The notes under the pieces: generated by a model
What the model saw: only the letters and a program-made list of their open reading frames with translations
What the model was told of the DNA's origin: nothing
The model's database searches: none
Position numbers and translations under genes: made by a program
Part shown: positions 63,816 to 64,000 of the stretch, piece after piece
Numbering within the stretch: position 1 is the stretch's first letter
Layout of the letters: each line of letters begins with the position of its first letter
NCBI GenBank assembly: GCA_963841015.1
Contig: CAWJAX010000004.1
Coordinates: 32,001 to 96,000, forward strand
DNA length: 64,000 nt
Direction: 5' to 3'
DNA from: an uncultured Methanoregulaceae archaeon
GTDB lineage: Archaea > Halobacteriota > Methanomicrobia > Methanomicrobiales > Methanospirillaceae

Positions 63816-64000
63816 AGGGATTTTCCGTATGTTCTGATACTTTTTTTAAAGACGTAAATAGGTTAGCATACCGTAATTGCGGAGGTTTTTTCCCGTAAGC
63901 GGAAGGATCGTTTCGTTGATACTCATTCCATTTACCGTATTTGTTCACGGATCCGGAGGATACCTGGATGACATCACCTATCCACATTAATATATATTCA

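Overview
Gene-dense 64 kb archaeal chromosome segment, most likely from a Methanomicrobiales (Methanoregula-like) methanogen. That assignment is inferred from gene content: Dph5, archaeal NusA, class III signal-peptide pilins, KaiC/RAD55 ATPases and SAMP-type sulfur carriers. From left to right: arsM and an ABC exporter; cooS-cooC; a sulfur-relay cluster (moaE, moaD, moeB/ubaA, iscU, iscS, HTH regulator, larE, fdhD, ttuA-like, SAMP, nadA); an archaeal type IV pilus locus with KaiC-like ATPases, a His-less sensor and large adhesin pilins; a cis-prenyltransferase pair, feoB, dph5, hisE, nusA and leuCDB; an uncharacterised nitrogenase-like three-gene operon; an AT-rich nadE-like/acyl-carrier-protein pair; trkH; rubredoxin-fprA-desulfoferrodoxin; an ABC-ATPase plus TOPRIM pair; tspO; and a 2-oxoacid:ferredoxin oxidoreductase. 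Five copies of a ~200 bp structured, mosaic MITE-like repeat lie between genes. About ten genes carry single-base frameshifts, and most of these sit in or next to AGCT or GTAC, which points to long-read errors at methylated motifs rather than pseudogenes. No rRNA, tRNA, CRISPR array or transposase was recognised. All calls come from motif reading by eye; no database searches were run.
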